This document shows, in pieces, positions 1-9,234 of a stretch of 22,067 nucleotides of DNA. The DNA is taken from positions 1 through 22,067 of the forward strand of contig JAYGFR010000346.1 of NCBI GenBank assembly GCA_046581755.1, given 5' to 3'. How positions within the stretch are numbered: the first letter of the stretch is position 1; each line of letters opens with the position of its first letter. The notes under the pieces were generated by a model. The model had not been told where the DNA came from. It worked only from the letters and a program-made list of their open reading frames with translations, and searched no databases. This stretch comes from Nitrospinota bacterium. Lineage in GTDB: Bacteria; UBA8248. The translations under genes were made by a program, and so were the position numbers.

Positions 1-846
1 AATTTCAACAGCCTTCGGGACTATGCCGTATCAAAGGGCGGAGAGGTTTCTTTCTACGCCGATGGGGAAGAAGATTTTTCCGTCTTGGCTACCGCACATT
101 TTCTAAGATTTATCCCGAATGAGGATCCTGAGTCGGAATCAATCCGCTCCCATCATGAACTGTATCGCTTGAATCCTCCCGACAGAATGCGGAGGTTTGT
201 GCATCTGAAAAATCTTAAACTCGCCGACAATGGAATGCGCCTGGACAATTTGAATGGCTGGCTAGCCAGTGGGGAGGCGTTGAAGCTGGATGGTATCTCG
301 CGTGAACAGCCCGAAGCATCAATTTACTACATCAAAAATCCAAATAAACCCGGGATTGAGCTGAGCGATCAAGTAAGGCTCTCTGAGGCGAAATGCCTGG
401 AATTAAGTGACAAGTACAAGGCGACAAGAGAGTTATGGGATAAGGATATTGATCGGGTATCCCGTGATCACATAATTCAACTAGAGGAGGAGAGGAATAA
501 ACAATCAGGGGAAAAAAGAACGAGTTCTAAGAAACGTTAAAATCGTCTATTGAACGTCGCTTATTCTAAAATCGAATTTCTCCATGGCAGCGCGGATATC
601 ATCTTCGAGAAATACGGCGATTATGACTCCATTTTTCAATGCCTCAGTGAATTGCAGCGTAATGGCAGAATCCGAAATTCGAAACCACTGAAGGGTCTTT
701 CGAAATGGTATGAGCGCAGGTTTGGCGACAACCTGGGCCGCCTCTACTATCGGCGTAATCCTTGCGAGGACGGATCTTTTTATCAAGTTCTGGTGTCACA
801 ATAAAATCGGCAGGCAAAGGACATCAAATATCTACGGTCTCTTTGA
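1..846 (+). pseudogene. 5'-truncated frame with coiled-coil region and C-terminal RelE/ParE-like domain, interrupted by two in-frame TAA stops (538-540, 802-804)
   Basis: Frame 1 is open from base 1. ORFs 85-540 and 550-804 are in the same frame. After TAA 802 the frame continues NRQAKDIKYLRSL to TGA at 844-846. SKPLKGLSKWYERRFGDNLGRLYYRR...VLVS resembles RelE-fold strands. Two separate genes cannot be excluded. Confidence 0.5.
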
Positions 847-1567
847 TGGTCCACTCCGAATTGATGAATGAAGCATCAATCATCTGTTCAGTCCAATTTT
901 GGCGGACCGCCGAGATTTGACTGTCAAAAACCTCAACGTGGCAATCCTGAGGGACAAGAAAAAACACAACGTGGCTTGTTGTAAATGCAAAGGTTCTACT
1001 TGCGGCTGCTCGTTCACAGAATTCATGCTTCATGCGCTCAACGAATCGGGAGCGTTGTTCTCTTGGGTAGTGCTGGTAAACGAGGATAGAATGGCCTTCC
1101 CGGTGGAATCGAATGACTTCATCCCAGAAAAGATACTTTGCTACCTTGGGGTCATTCGGCCTTAACGATGGGACCTGCATACCGTTGTTGGGGTTGAAAA
1201 ATATAAATTCACAATCGCGAGATTCCTCAGACACTCGGTCAAAATAAATTTTCCGCTCAGACAGTTGAGTTGGCACGAAATCGGAATTAAACAGGGCGCG
1301 CTGAAGAAGGTCGGATTCCTCGATCAGGCCCACGTTCGGCCATTCAGGTCTCCGTGAAAAATTAGAAAGGGCTTTGAATAAGTCCGTGTCATACCCTTCC
1401 CACTGGTTCGGTTTTGTTAAATAATCCCTTTTTGATCCATCATTACTTTGGTCATCGGGAGTGAGCATCCAGCAGATCGCAGAGTTCATTGTGCTGTTTT
1501 GGGTCAGGGAGCGGATAAGTCCGTACTTTCGGTAGTCATTGATGTCTCCGAAATACTGATTCTTCAT
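824..1567 (-). CDS. Uncharacterised protein of the 'MKNQYFGDINDYRKYGL' type, possibly methyltransferase-like fold
   Basis: 247-aa ORF from ATG at 1567. The N-terminus and the FF-NPNNG and S-I-L-V-Y-Q-H segments match a hypothetical family I recall. Function unknown. Confidence 0.7.
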   Translation of the reverse strand: MKNQYFGDINDYRKYGLIRSLTQNSTMNSAICWMLTPDDQSNDGSKRDYLTKPNQWEGYDTDLFKALSNFSRRPEWPNVGLIEESDLLQRALFNSDFVPTQLSERKIYFDRVSEESRDCEFIFFNPNNGMQVPSLRPNDPKVAKYLFWDEVIRFHREGHSILVYQHYPREQRSRFVERMKHEFCERAAASRTFAFTTSHVVFFLVPQDCHVEVFDSQISAVRQNWTEQMIDASFINSEWTIKETVDI

Positions 1568-1823
1568 AGAATTCCTCAATATTTATCTGAACACCAAAGC
1601 ATTAGCCCTGAACTAGTCCGTCATTTCAACACAAGCAGGGTTCTCATCGCTCAGGTTGTTGCCCCGCGTGATCACGGGGGACGTTCTCCCGGAACCATGA
1701 ACCAATGATAATGGGATTTTTCTTGTCAAATGAGCATGCCCCGAACTCGTTACCAATTTCAATATGAGCCTGGGTACCCTCATTTTATGGAGGGTCGAAT
1801 TTTTACAGAAGTCAGGCATCCGT

Positions 1824-2216
1824 TTACCCCCTCCAAAGAGCTTTGAGTTCCTCGATCGTCAGGCCGGGTTCATTCCGGTGGAGCATGGCGTGGCAGTTGG
1901 AACACACCAGGACCAAATCGGACAATCGGGTTTTCTCTCCGGCGGTCATTTGCGCGGCGGGTTTCGCATGGTGAAACTCGACAAACCCCTTTCCCAGATC
2001 GCCGTAGGCTCTCTCGAAGTCGAACCGGCAGATTTCGCAGCCAAGGTCCCCGTTTTTTTTCAGGGATGCGTTTTTCTTCTCGGAGCGCAGCTTGGGATTG
2101 TCTTCCCGGGAGCGGTGAATTCTCTCGAAAAGTTCTTTTTGTTCCCGTTCTTCGGTTTCCGACTTTTCGTCCAGACTGAATTTCGGGGCGAAAAGTTTTT
2201 TCCATCGTTTATGCAT
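1824..2216 (-). CDS. HNH endonuclease, McrA-like (type IV restriction-type nuclease domain)
   Basis: CEIC-RFDF-ERAYG-x-LGKGFVEFHH-x-KP ... DLVLVCSNCHAMLH is the Zn-binding McrA-type HNH signature. Start uncertain; ATG at 2216 chosen. Confidence 0.85.
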   Translation of the reverse strand: MHKRWKKLFAPKFSLDEKSETEEREQKELFERIHRSREDNPKLRSEKKNASLKKNGDLGCEICRFDFERAYGDLGKGFVEFHHAKPAAQMTAGEKTRLSDLVLVCSNCHAMLHRNEPGLTIEELKALWRG

Positions 2217-2555
2217 AACGCCTGGCCGTCTGCCCGGAGGAAGGCGAGTGCTTCTATCCGTCCGGGGACCGTCCTTTCCGTGGCGGAGAGGAAATAGACG
2301 ATTTGATCGGCGCCGCCCGCCTGCACGCCTGGCTGGCAGCCAAGCGGTCCGGATGCGGGGCGCTGTCACCGGGTTTATTTTACATCTCAAAGTCCGTATC
2401 GTGTTGATTCTGCGGGTGAACCGGACTACACAAACCCTGTGAACCCGGCCACGTTTCGTCCCGGAGGCAGCGCGGGACGCCGATGGGGCTGGAGACGGCC
2501 ACGGCGGGGCAAATTTGAGGAGCGGGGAATTCCGGTCCGGGAGGGGCCGGAGCGG

Positions 2556-3026
2556 CTAGCGGCTCCCGGCCATCTTGAGGACTTCCTTGTATTCGGCCGG
2601 GGTGACGGGCAATACGCTCGCGCGCTGGCCGCGCTGGACGACGGACATTTCGGCGAGCTTGGGGTTGGCCTGGAGATCGGGGAGGGGGACCGTGGAGGCG
2701 AAGGCCTCGATGGCGCGCACGTCCACCATGAACCAGCGGGGGTTCTCGGGCGTTGCCTTGGGATCGTGGTACTTGGACCTGGTGTCGAGGGCGGTGTGGT
2801 CGGGGTAGGCCTCGCGGGCGACCTCGGCGATGCCCGCGACGTGGGGCGGGTTTGCGCCCGAGTGGTAGAAGAGGATGCGGTCGCCCTTTTTCATCTCCAT
2901 CATGCGGTTGCGCGCGAGGTAGTTGCGCACGCCGTCCCAGTGGTCTGTTTTCCGGGGGGCCTTCATGAGATCGGCGAACGAATATGCCGAAGGCTCGCTT
3001 TTCATGAGCCAGTAGCGCCGTGCCAA
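2556..3026 (-). CDS. EVE domain protein (Thy28-like, PUA superfamily)
   Basis: YWLMKSEP, WDGVRNYLARN, MKKGD-x-ILFYHS and PRWFMVDV motifs. AGGAGA RBS upstream of the TTG start. Confidence 0.95.
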   Translation of the reverse strand: MARRYWLMKSEPSAYSFADLMKAPRKTDHWDGVRNYLARNRMMEMKKGDRILFYHSGANPPHVAGIAEVAREAYPDHTALDTRSKYHDPKATPENPRWFMVDVRAIEAFASTVPLPDLQANPKLAEMSVVQRGQRASVLPVTPAEYKEVLKMAGSR

Positions 3027-3065
3027 GGGGAGTTCTCCTATTTGAGAGGGCCTATGGAGATGGCC

Positions 3066-4010
3066 CTATGGGAGGGGTGGAATCTCGCCGGCAATTTGAA
3101 GGTCGGCAAGCTTAAGGGTGTGGTGGATGAAATCGTTGAGCGGGGTGGCGATGCCGGCCTCCCGGCCGAGGCGCGCCACCGTTCCGCACAGGGCTTCGAT
3201 CTCCAGGCGGCGGCCTGCCTCGAGGTCGTGGCAGAGGCTGCCCTTGCTGGCCGGGTTCTGCTCGCCGAGGAAGCGGAAGCGGCCCTCGTCGGCGCCCTCC
3301 GGGAGGTTCACCCCGCGCGCGCGGCCGACTTCGTAGACCTCGCGCATGATGCCGCGCATCATCTCTTTCGTTCCCTCGTAGGCCATGATTTCGCCCAGCG
3401 AGGAGCGCGTCAGGGCGGTCATTCCGCTTACGGCGCAGATGAAGATGAATTTTGTCCAGAGCTCGGCCTGGATGTCATCTGAAAGTTCGGCGTTGATACC
3501 GGCGGTTTTCATCGCGGAGAGAATCTTTTCTCCGTGCGGGCTGGGCCCGCCCGCCATCTTGCCGAAGACAAGGCGCCTGGGACCGCCGATCTGCCGGATC
3601 CGGCCGGGGCCATCGACGGCGGTAAAGATGTAGGCCGCGCCGCCCATGACGCGTTCGGGGCCGTAGGCATCGGCGATTCGCTCTTCGTTGTCTACCCCGT
3701 TCTGGAGGTTGATGACCACGGTTTCCGCGCCCACCATGGGCGCGATGGCGGGAATGACCGTATCGTTCGCCATGGTCTTGACGCAGTAGAGGATGACGTC
3801 GCAGGGGCCGGCCTCGGCCGGATCGTCGGTGGCGAAAACGCTCTCGGCACGGAAGGAATCGGGTACGGCGCATTCCACCCGGAGACCCCCGGACCGCAAG
3901 GCCTCCAGGTGCGCTCCGCGCGCGATGAAGCGCACGTCCCCGCCCGCCCGGGCAAGCATTCCTCCGAAGTATCCGCCGACGCCGCCCGCCGCCATGATGC
4001 CAAAGCGCAT
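3066..4010 (-). CDS. panE: Ketopantoate reductase family protein (PanE/ApbA)
   Basis: AGGVGGYFGG nucleotide-binding motif, LQNG, WTKF and SL-x-x-DLEAGRRLEIE motifs. Start at MRFGIM. Confidence 0.88.
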   Translation of the reverse strand: MRFGIMAAGGVGGYFGGMLARAGGDVRFIARGAHLEALRSGGLRVECAVPDSFRAESVFATDDPAEAGPCDVILYCVKTMANDTVIPAIAPMVGAETVVINLQNGVDNEERIADAYGPERVMGGAAYIFTAVDGPGRIRQIGGPRRLVFGKMAGGPSPHGEKILSAMKTAGINAELSDDIQAELWTKFIFICAVSGMTALTRSSLGEIMAYEGTKEMMRGIMREVYEVGRARGVNLPEGADEGRFRFLGEQNPASKGSLCHDLEAGRRLEIEALCGTVARLGREAGIATPLNDFIHHTLKLADLQIAGEIPPLP

Positions 4011-4109
4011 GATCGCCCCTGGATGGTTCGTTCCAATGAGAGAGAAAGGGCACTGCGGAGGATACTTTACCGCCGCAGTGCCGGGTTGCAAAACGATAGG
4101 GGGGCTTGT

Positions 4110-5225
4110 CTAACTTTCCTCGGGAGGCTCGCTCTCTTCATCCGTCTCGGCGGCCGCAACGGCTTTTTCCAAACCATTCTCACCGGCAGCGGCATGGCCG
4201 TTGGCGGAGCCATTGGCATGCCCATTCGAGGAGCCGTTGGCATGGCCCCTCGTATGGTGCTCGCCGGAATCCTCTCCGGCCTGGGCGGCATCGCCGTAGC
4301 CGCCGCCCCCGGATTCGATCGAGATGACATCTCCCGCGGGGTTGGCTCCTTCAAGGTCGATGTCGAGGTCGAATTCCTCGGGATTGGGCATGTCGGTCAG
4401 GCTCTTGAATCCAAAGTGTTCGAGGAACTGGGGCGTTGTGCCGTAGACGATGGGTTTGCCGACCACGTCGCGCCGGCCCAGGATGCGGATCATCGACCGT
4501 TCGAGGAGGGTGTGGATGACGCCGCCGCAATCCACCCGGCGAATTTCCTCGACCTCTATTTTCGTGATGGGTTGCTTGTAAGCGACGATGGCCAAGGTTT
4601 CGACCCCGGCGTTTGAGACGCGCCATTTGCGCTCCTGTTTGAGGAAGCGGCGCATCCACGGCGAAAACTCCAGCCGGGTACACATGCGGAAACCCTCGCC
4701 GATTTCGGCGATCTGGAGGGTGCGGCCTTCATACTCTTTCACCAGTTCGGCGAGGAGCTTGCGCACGACCTTTGCGTTGACGTTCTCAACGCCCCGGAAA
4801 ACCATCGAGATGTCGCGCGGTCTGAGGGGTTGGTGCGTGGCGAAGAGGAGGGTTTCGATAATCCGCTTGGCCTCTTCCATATCCAGAATTAGTGGGATAC
4901 CGGCATCGTCGCCAGACCCGTTTTGACCGGAGCGGGTGTCCTCGCCGCCGGCCGCTTCGAGCGATGGAACCTCGGCGCCCTCGGCGGGGATTTCCTCTTC
5001 CGGTTCACCCTCCGCCAGTTCGGGCGGTACGGCGCCCGCTTCGGTATCCTCGTCCTCTTCATCAAGGCCGAAGACCGAGTCGTCGTTTTCACCGCTTGCC
5101 CGGTGCGCTTCGAGGGCCCTTACCGCCGCGTCGGAGGAGGAAGGTTCGTCCCCCTCGAGTTCGAAGGCCGCTTTGGGGGTATCTTTTGGGTCGTTCGGTT
5201 TCATTGGTTCCGAATCAGTCATCAT
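4110..5225 (-). CDS. scpB: SMC-Scp complex subunit ScpB
   Basis: IIETLLFA, ETLAIVAYKQPITK-x-EVEEIR and GKPIVYGTT-x-x-FLEHFG-x-x-SL-x-DMP. Overlaps the scpA stop. Confidence 0.95.
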   Translation of the reverse strand: MMTDSEPMKPNDPKDTPKAAFELEGDEPSSSDAAVRALEAHRASGENDDSVFGLDEEDEDTEAGAVPPELAEGEPEEEIPAEGAEVPSLEAAGGEDTRSGQNGSGDDAGIPLILDMEEAKRIIETLLFATHQPLRPRDISMVFRGVENVNAKVVRKLLAELVKEYEGRTLQIAEIGEGFRMCTRLEFSPWMRRFLKQERKWRVSNAGVETLAIVAYKQPITKIEVEEIRRVDCGGVIHTLLERSMIRILGRRDVVGKPIVYGTTPQFLEHFGFKSLTDMPNPEEFDLDIDLEGANPAGDVISIESGGGGYGDAAQAGEDSGEHHTRGHANGSSNGHANGSANGHAAAGENGLEKAVAAAETDEESEPPEES

Positions 5226-6213
5226 CGTTTACCGCCTTATAGACTCTAATTTCTCCATATATAGCCGATTGGGTCGCTATAATCAGATTAAGCCGCACCA
5301 GTTCGAGAAGGGCCAGGAAAGTTACGACGATGAGGAGCCGCACGGGTTCCCCATCCTCGAAGAGCTTTCGGAATTCGACGCCCTCCGGACCCGCCAGATT
5401 GAGCATGTCGAGCACATGGCTCTCGCGATCGGCCACTTCGAGTTCATCCACCTCGATCAGGTGAACTCCTTCCGCTCCGGCCTCTTCGATCATTTTCTGA
5501 ATTGCGGTGAGGAGGTCGAAAACGGTGACTTCAAGAGATGGCGGTTTTTCGATCTCCCCGGGATCCAGAAGAATTCCGTCGCCGTTACCCCCTCGCGAGA
5601 AGATGCCGGATTGCAATTCCTCGGCATGACGGAAATTTTGGCCCAGAGTCTTGAACTTTTGGTATTCGAGCAACTGGCGTTGGAGTTCAAGCCGAAGAGC
5701 TTCGGGGTCTTCCTCGGCCTCTTCTTCACCCTCTTGCTGGGGAAGGAGCGTGCGGCTTTTGACGTAAACCAGCCAGGAGGCCATGACGAGGTATCCCGAG
5801 GCAATGTCGATGTTCAACAACTTCATCATCTCGAGATATTTGAGATATTGTTCCGTGATGAAGGCGATGGGGATATCGTAAATATCAAGCTTGTGTTCCC
5901 GCAGGAGGTGAAGCAACAGTTCAAGAGGCCCCTCGAAGACATCGAGCTTCACATTGAAGCGCTCCTCCGCGTTGGATTCAGCGGCGATGCCTTTGTCCCC
6001 GAAAGCCTCATTGGCCGAGTCTAAAAATTCGAATTGGGTTGGGGGGCCATCAGGGTCGATATCCCATGATTCAGGCGAACCCGCCGATCGGTCGCTTCCG
6101 ATGCCTAAATCTTCAGGACTCATCTCCTCGATTGGGGCATTTGTGGGCGATAAATTGGACTGATCCGCCGTATTTTCCGGAACAATGGTATTCTCATGCG
6201 TATCGGGTACCAT
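5215..6213 (-). CDS. scpA: Segregation and condensation protein ScpA (kleisin)
   Basis: FEGPLELLLHL, DIYDIPI, ITEQYL, YLVMA-x-x-L-x-x-x-KSR-x-LLP and TFLALLEL. Start uncertain (frame open to 6276). Confidence 0.95.
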   Translation of the reverse strand: MVPDTHENTIVPENTADQSNLSPTNAPIEEMSPEDLGIGSDRSAGSPESWDIDPDGPPTQFEFLDSANEAFGDKGIAAESNAEERFNVKLDVFEGPLELLLHLLREHKLDIYDIPIAFITEQYLKYLEMMKLLNIDIASGYLVMASWLVYVKSRTLLPQQEGEEEAEEDPEALRLELQRQLLEYQKFKTLGQNFRHAEELQSGIFSRGGNGDGILLDPGEIEKPPSLEVTVFDLLTAIQKMIEEAGAEGVHLIEVDELEVADRESHVLDMLNLAGPEGVEFRKLFEDGEPVRLLIVVTFLALLELVRLNLIIATQSAIYGEIRVYKAVNDDD

Positions 6214-6308
6214 GAGGAACATCCCCTGCAAGGCGAATAGGCGGGCGGATAATGCGTTTATACTTGGACAGGGCATAGAAACCCTGATTTCCCTCAGTAC
6301 AGATTGTC

Positions 6309-6337
6309 AGACTAGGAAATCACCCAAGACTTGTCAA
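6309..6337 (-). promoter_or_regulatory. sigma70-type promoter for scpA-scpB(-panE-EVE)
   Basis: Minus strand reads TTGACA (6337-6332), a 17-nt spacer, then TAGTCT (6314-6309), just upstream of scpA. Confidence 0.65.
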
Positions 6338-6623
6338 TAGAAAGGTTTATTGGACATTACCCATTTTTTGGTAGAAGTGGCTGCTACGGGGAAGACCGTC
6401 GGAAAATGGTACAACTATTGGGGGGAGGTCACTAACCCGGTCAATGTCCTGCGGTTCATCAAAGCGTATATGCGTAGGTGGACCTGAGAAGAGGCCACAC
6501 GGTTGATCGAGCAAGTTTTGGGCTGGAAAACGTCCGGGCTCTCAAATACAGAGGGATCAAGCGGCTTGCTCTGTTCGCACAGTTGGCGTTCGGGTTTCTC
6601 ACTGAGCCTTCCCTTCTGGGTGG

Positions 6624-6647
6624 AAAATCGTTTGTTGAAACGATTTT
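6624..6647. repeat. Perfect 10-bp inverted repeat in divergent intergenic region
   Basis: AAAATCGTTT-GTTG-AAACGATTTT. Confidence 0.6.
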
Positions 6648-6800
6648 GGCCGTTGTGCAGTTTTTCGGGGGTGTGCCGAGATTTCCTTTCTACCGGATTG
6701 CGGTGGGTGTCACTTTGATTCTTTCACGGTCTGGACCGTCAACATACCCTATATTACCAATGAGAGGCGGTTTAGAAAGGCCTTTATGGAGGTTTTCCGA

Positions 6801-7196
6801 ATGCCTGTGGAATTGTCGTTCGATGGCGATGGCGGTGTTTTTGGTTCCTGCAACGGCACCGTTACCGGACAAGAACTCATCGACGCCAATGATATTATTT
6901 ATTCAGACGAACATATCCACCAAATGGCTTACCAACTCTGGGATTTTACCGGGGCGGAAAGATTCAATATTTCCAATAAGAAAATTCACCGGATTGCGGA
7001 CCAAGATGTCTGGGGGGCGAAAATCAATCCCCACTTTGTTGTTGCGGTCGTCGGAGATGACGATTTGATAATTGGCTTGGCCAGAATGTGGGAGAATATC
7101 ACCGAATCCAAGGAGAGAAGTTTCGAAAGCAAAGTGTTCCGGTCCATAGAGGAAGCGAATAAGTGGATTAACTCGAAAGGGAACCAATCGGCCTGA
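6801..7196 (+). CDS. Small SpoIIAA/STAS-like hypothetical protein
   Basis: GGAGG RBS at 6788-6792 before ATG. G-x-VT-x-x-EL, L-x-DF, VAVV, GLARMW and C-terminal VFRSIEEANKWI are typical of SpoIIAA-like proteins. Confidence 0.7.
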   Translation: MPVELSFDGDGGVFGSCNGTVTGQELIDANDIIYSDEHIHQMAYQLWDFTGAERFNISNKKIHRIADQDVWGAKINPHFVVAVVGDDDLIIGLARMWENITESKERSFESKVFRSIEEANKWINSKGNQSA

Positions 7197-7540
7197 GCGA
7201 CCGGTAATCCTCCCCCACCAACAGCTCTCAACCCTACGCAGCCTAACTCAGGCCGAGATTTCAGAACAATATTTTAATTTAGTATACTACCCCAGCATGA
7301 ATATAAGTGTGTCTCTTGAGACCAACAAGGGATATTGAACGTGGATTTTACAAACTTCAGTGCAGAAACGCATAAATTTCAACTAACTGGAGTTCAACAA
7401 AAAATGGGTAATGTCCCGAAAGGTTTACAGGAAAACTCCGGTCAGGGCGGTTTGCCCCCTTGAAGGGGGGAGACGGATCGCGTGCTCATTTCGTCTCTCG
7501 TGTGTGTGATGGACAAGATAAAGGATTTTGACGGCTCCCG

Positions 7541-8278
7541 ATGGAAAAAATTTCGGCGGATTTGCGCAGGACGGCCGATAGGATGGCCATATTTTTGGCT
7601 CGCCTGGTGAAGGACGGCGAGCGTGTTTTTCATGGCGTGGCATCCGCCTTGCCGATGGTGGCTATTTCACTCGCCCGAAAAATGCATGCTCCCAGTCTTG
7701 CCTATCTCAATATTCCCGGGGGGGTCGATGCGCTTCCATCCCGAATGCCTGCGGCCACGACGGGGATGCAACTCAACGAGGGAGCAAGCTCCACTTTCAA
7801 CCTGACCGAAATATTTGATTTATCATCCAGGGGCGGTCTCGACTTGGCTTTCCTCGGCGGAGCGCAAGTGGATGTGCGTGGAAATATTAACCTCTCGTTC
7901 ATCGGTGATCCCGCCCATCCCAAGGTTCGTCTTCCCGGAGGGGCGGGCAGCGCGGCCATTTTGCCTACCGCAAAGCGGACGGTGCTCTGGCGAACGGTTC
8001 ACGATTCCCGAAGTTTTCCCGAGCGTTGCGAGTATGTCACCGCTTCGGGGCGGGTGGACCGGGTGGTGACCCCGCTGTGCATTTTCCGCAAAATAGATGG
8101 GCGCCTACAGGTCGAGTCCATTCATGCAGGGGTAACGGAGGATAGAGTTCAGGATGCCACGGGCTTTCGCATTGGACCATTGGAGAATGTTCCCGAAACA
8201 TCCGAACCATCTTCTCAAGAAATCCTCGTCCTGGAATCGGTTGACCCTGACGGGATTCGGTTTCGCGAATTCGTTTAA
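7541..8278 (+). CDS. CoA-transferase family I beta-subunit-like protein (GctB/AibB-like)
   Basis: FLGGAQVD-x-x-GNIN, RLPGGAG, VVTPLCIF, V-x-x-ATGF and VDP-x-GIR motifs. Confidence 0.85.
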   Translation: MEKISADLRRTADRMAIFLARLVKDGERVFHGVASALPMVAISLARKMHAPSLAYLNIPGGVDALPSRMPAATTGMQLNEGASSTFNLTEIFDLSSRGGLDLAFLGGAQVDVRGNINLSFIGDPAHPKVRLPGGAGSAAILPTAKRTVLWRTVHDSRSFPERCEYVTASGRVDRVVTPLCIFRKIDGRLQVESIHAGVTEDRVQDATGFRIGPLENVPETSEPSSQEILVLESVDPDGIRFREFV

Positions 8279-8298
8279 GCGGAAAAGAATTGCTGAAC

Positions 8299-9234
8299 AT
8301 GACTCTTGACCGGTTTGATGTCGTCGGGATTGGGTTAAATTCGGTGGATCTGCTCTGCCGGGTGGATCATTTTCCACAATTCAATACCAAGAACGCTCTC
8401 TTGGAGGTATCTCGCCAGGGGGGAGGTCAGGCGGCTACGGCGATGGCGGCGCTTTCGCGCCTCGGGTTGAAGACTGCGTATATCGGGGCCGTGAGCGATG
8501 ACGGGGATGGAGAGTTTTCCATCGCGTCCCTCAAGGAGGCCGGAGTCAATACGGATGGCGTGGTGGTACAGCCCGGACTCGCGACCCAATTTGCGGTTAT
8601 CATCGTTCAGGGGGAAGGGAATGAAGAGGAGCGCGGGGGAAGAACGATCCTCTGGCGCCGTGAAGTGATGCTCCGGGTGAAGGACATTTCCGAGAAAATG
8701 GTGAAATCGGCCCGAATCATTCATGTCGATGGGCACTCAATGGAGGGTGAAATTCAGGCGGCGCATTGGGCAAAAGAAGAGGGGATACTGGTCTCCTTCG
8801 ATGCCGAGCGCGTCGTCCTTGGAGTGGAGGAATTAATCCCCCTTACGGATTATCTGGTGGCGAACGATGCGTTTCCGGAGGCCATGACGGGAATCCGGGA
8901 TCCCAGGAAAGCGCTTCGGGAACTTCATAAGATGGGTCCTCGGTTCGTTGCCATGACAAAGGGTTCCCGTGGGGTGCTCGCATTTGACGGCAGCCGTTTT
9001 TATGATTCCCCCGGATTTGAAGTGGAGGTAGTGGACACAACCGGCGCCGGCGATGTATTTCATGCCGGATTGATTTTTGGCCTCTTGGAAGGATACGAAA
9101 CGCCTCGTATGCTCCAGTTTGCCAATGGGCTGGCCGCGCTGAGTTGCAGAGCGCTCGGGGGGCGAGCTGCTCTTGGCACCCGCGAGGAGGTTGAAAAATT
9201 CATCGCCGAACCATTTCAGCAAGGGGAAAGATGA
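8299..9234 (+). CDS. PfkB/ribokinase family carbohydrate kinase
   Basis: GGQAATAMAALSRLG (PfkB signature 1) and DTTGAGDVF (signature 2). Confidence 0.92.
   Translation: MTLDRFDVVGIGLNSVDLLCRVDHFPQFNTKNALLEVSRQGGGQAATAMAALSRLGLKTAYIGAVSDDGDGEFSIASLKEAGVNTDGVVVQPGLATQFAVIIVQGEGNEEERGGRTILWRREVMLRVKDISEKMVKSARIIHVDGHSMEGEIQAAHWAKEEGILVSFDAERVVLGVEELIPLTDYLVANDAFPEAMTGIRDPRKALRELHKMGPRFVAMTKGSRGVLAFDGSRFYDSPGFEVEVVDTTGAGDVFHAGLIFGLLEGYETPRMLQFANGLAALSCRALGGRAALGTREEVEKFIAEPFQQGER

Noticed and set aside
1704..1729. Minus-strand TTGACA promoter upstream of the 824-1567 gene
   Set aside because: The best -10 (TATCAT) is only 13 nt away, which is wrong spacing.
6478..7068. 196-aa ORF overlapping the STAS-like gene
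   Set aside because: No motifs; overlaps a better-supported ORF with a GGAGG RBS in another frame.
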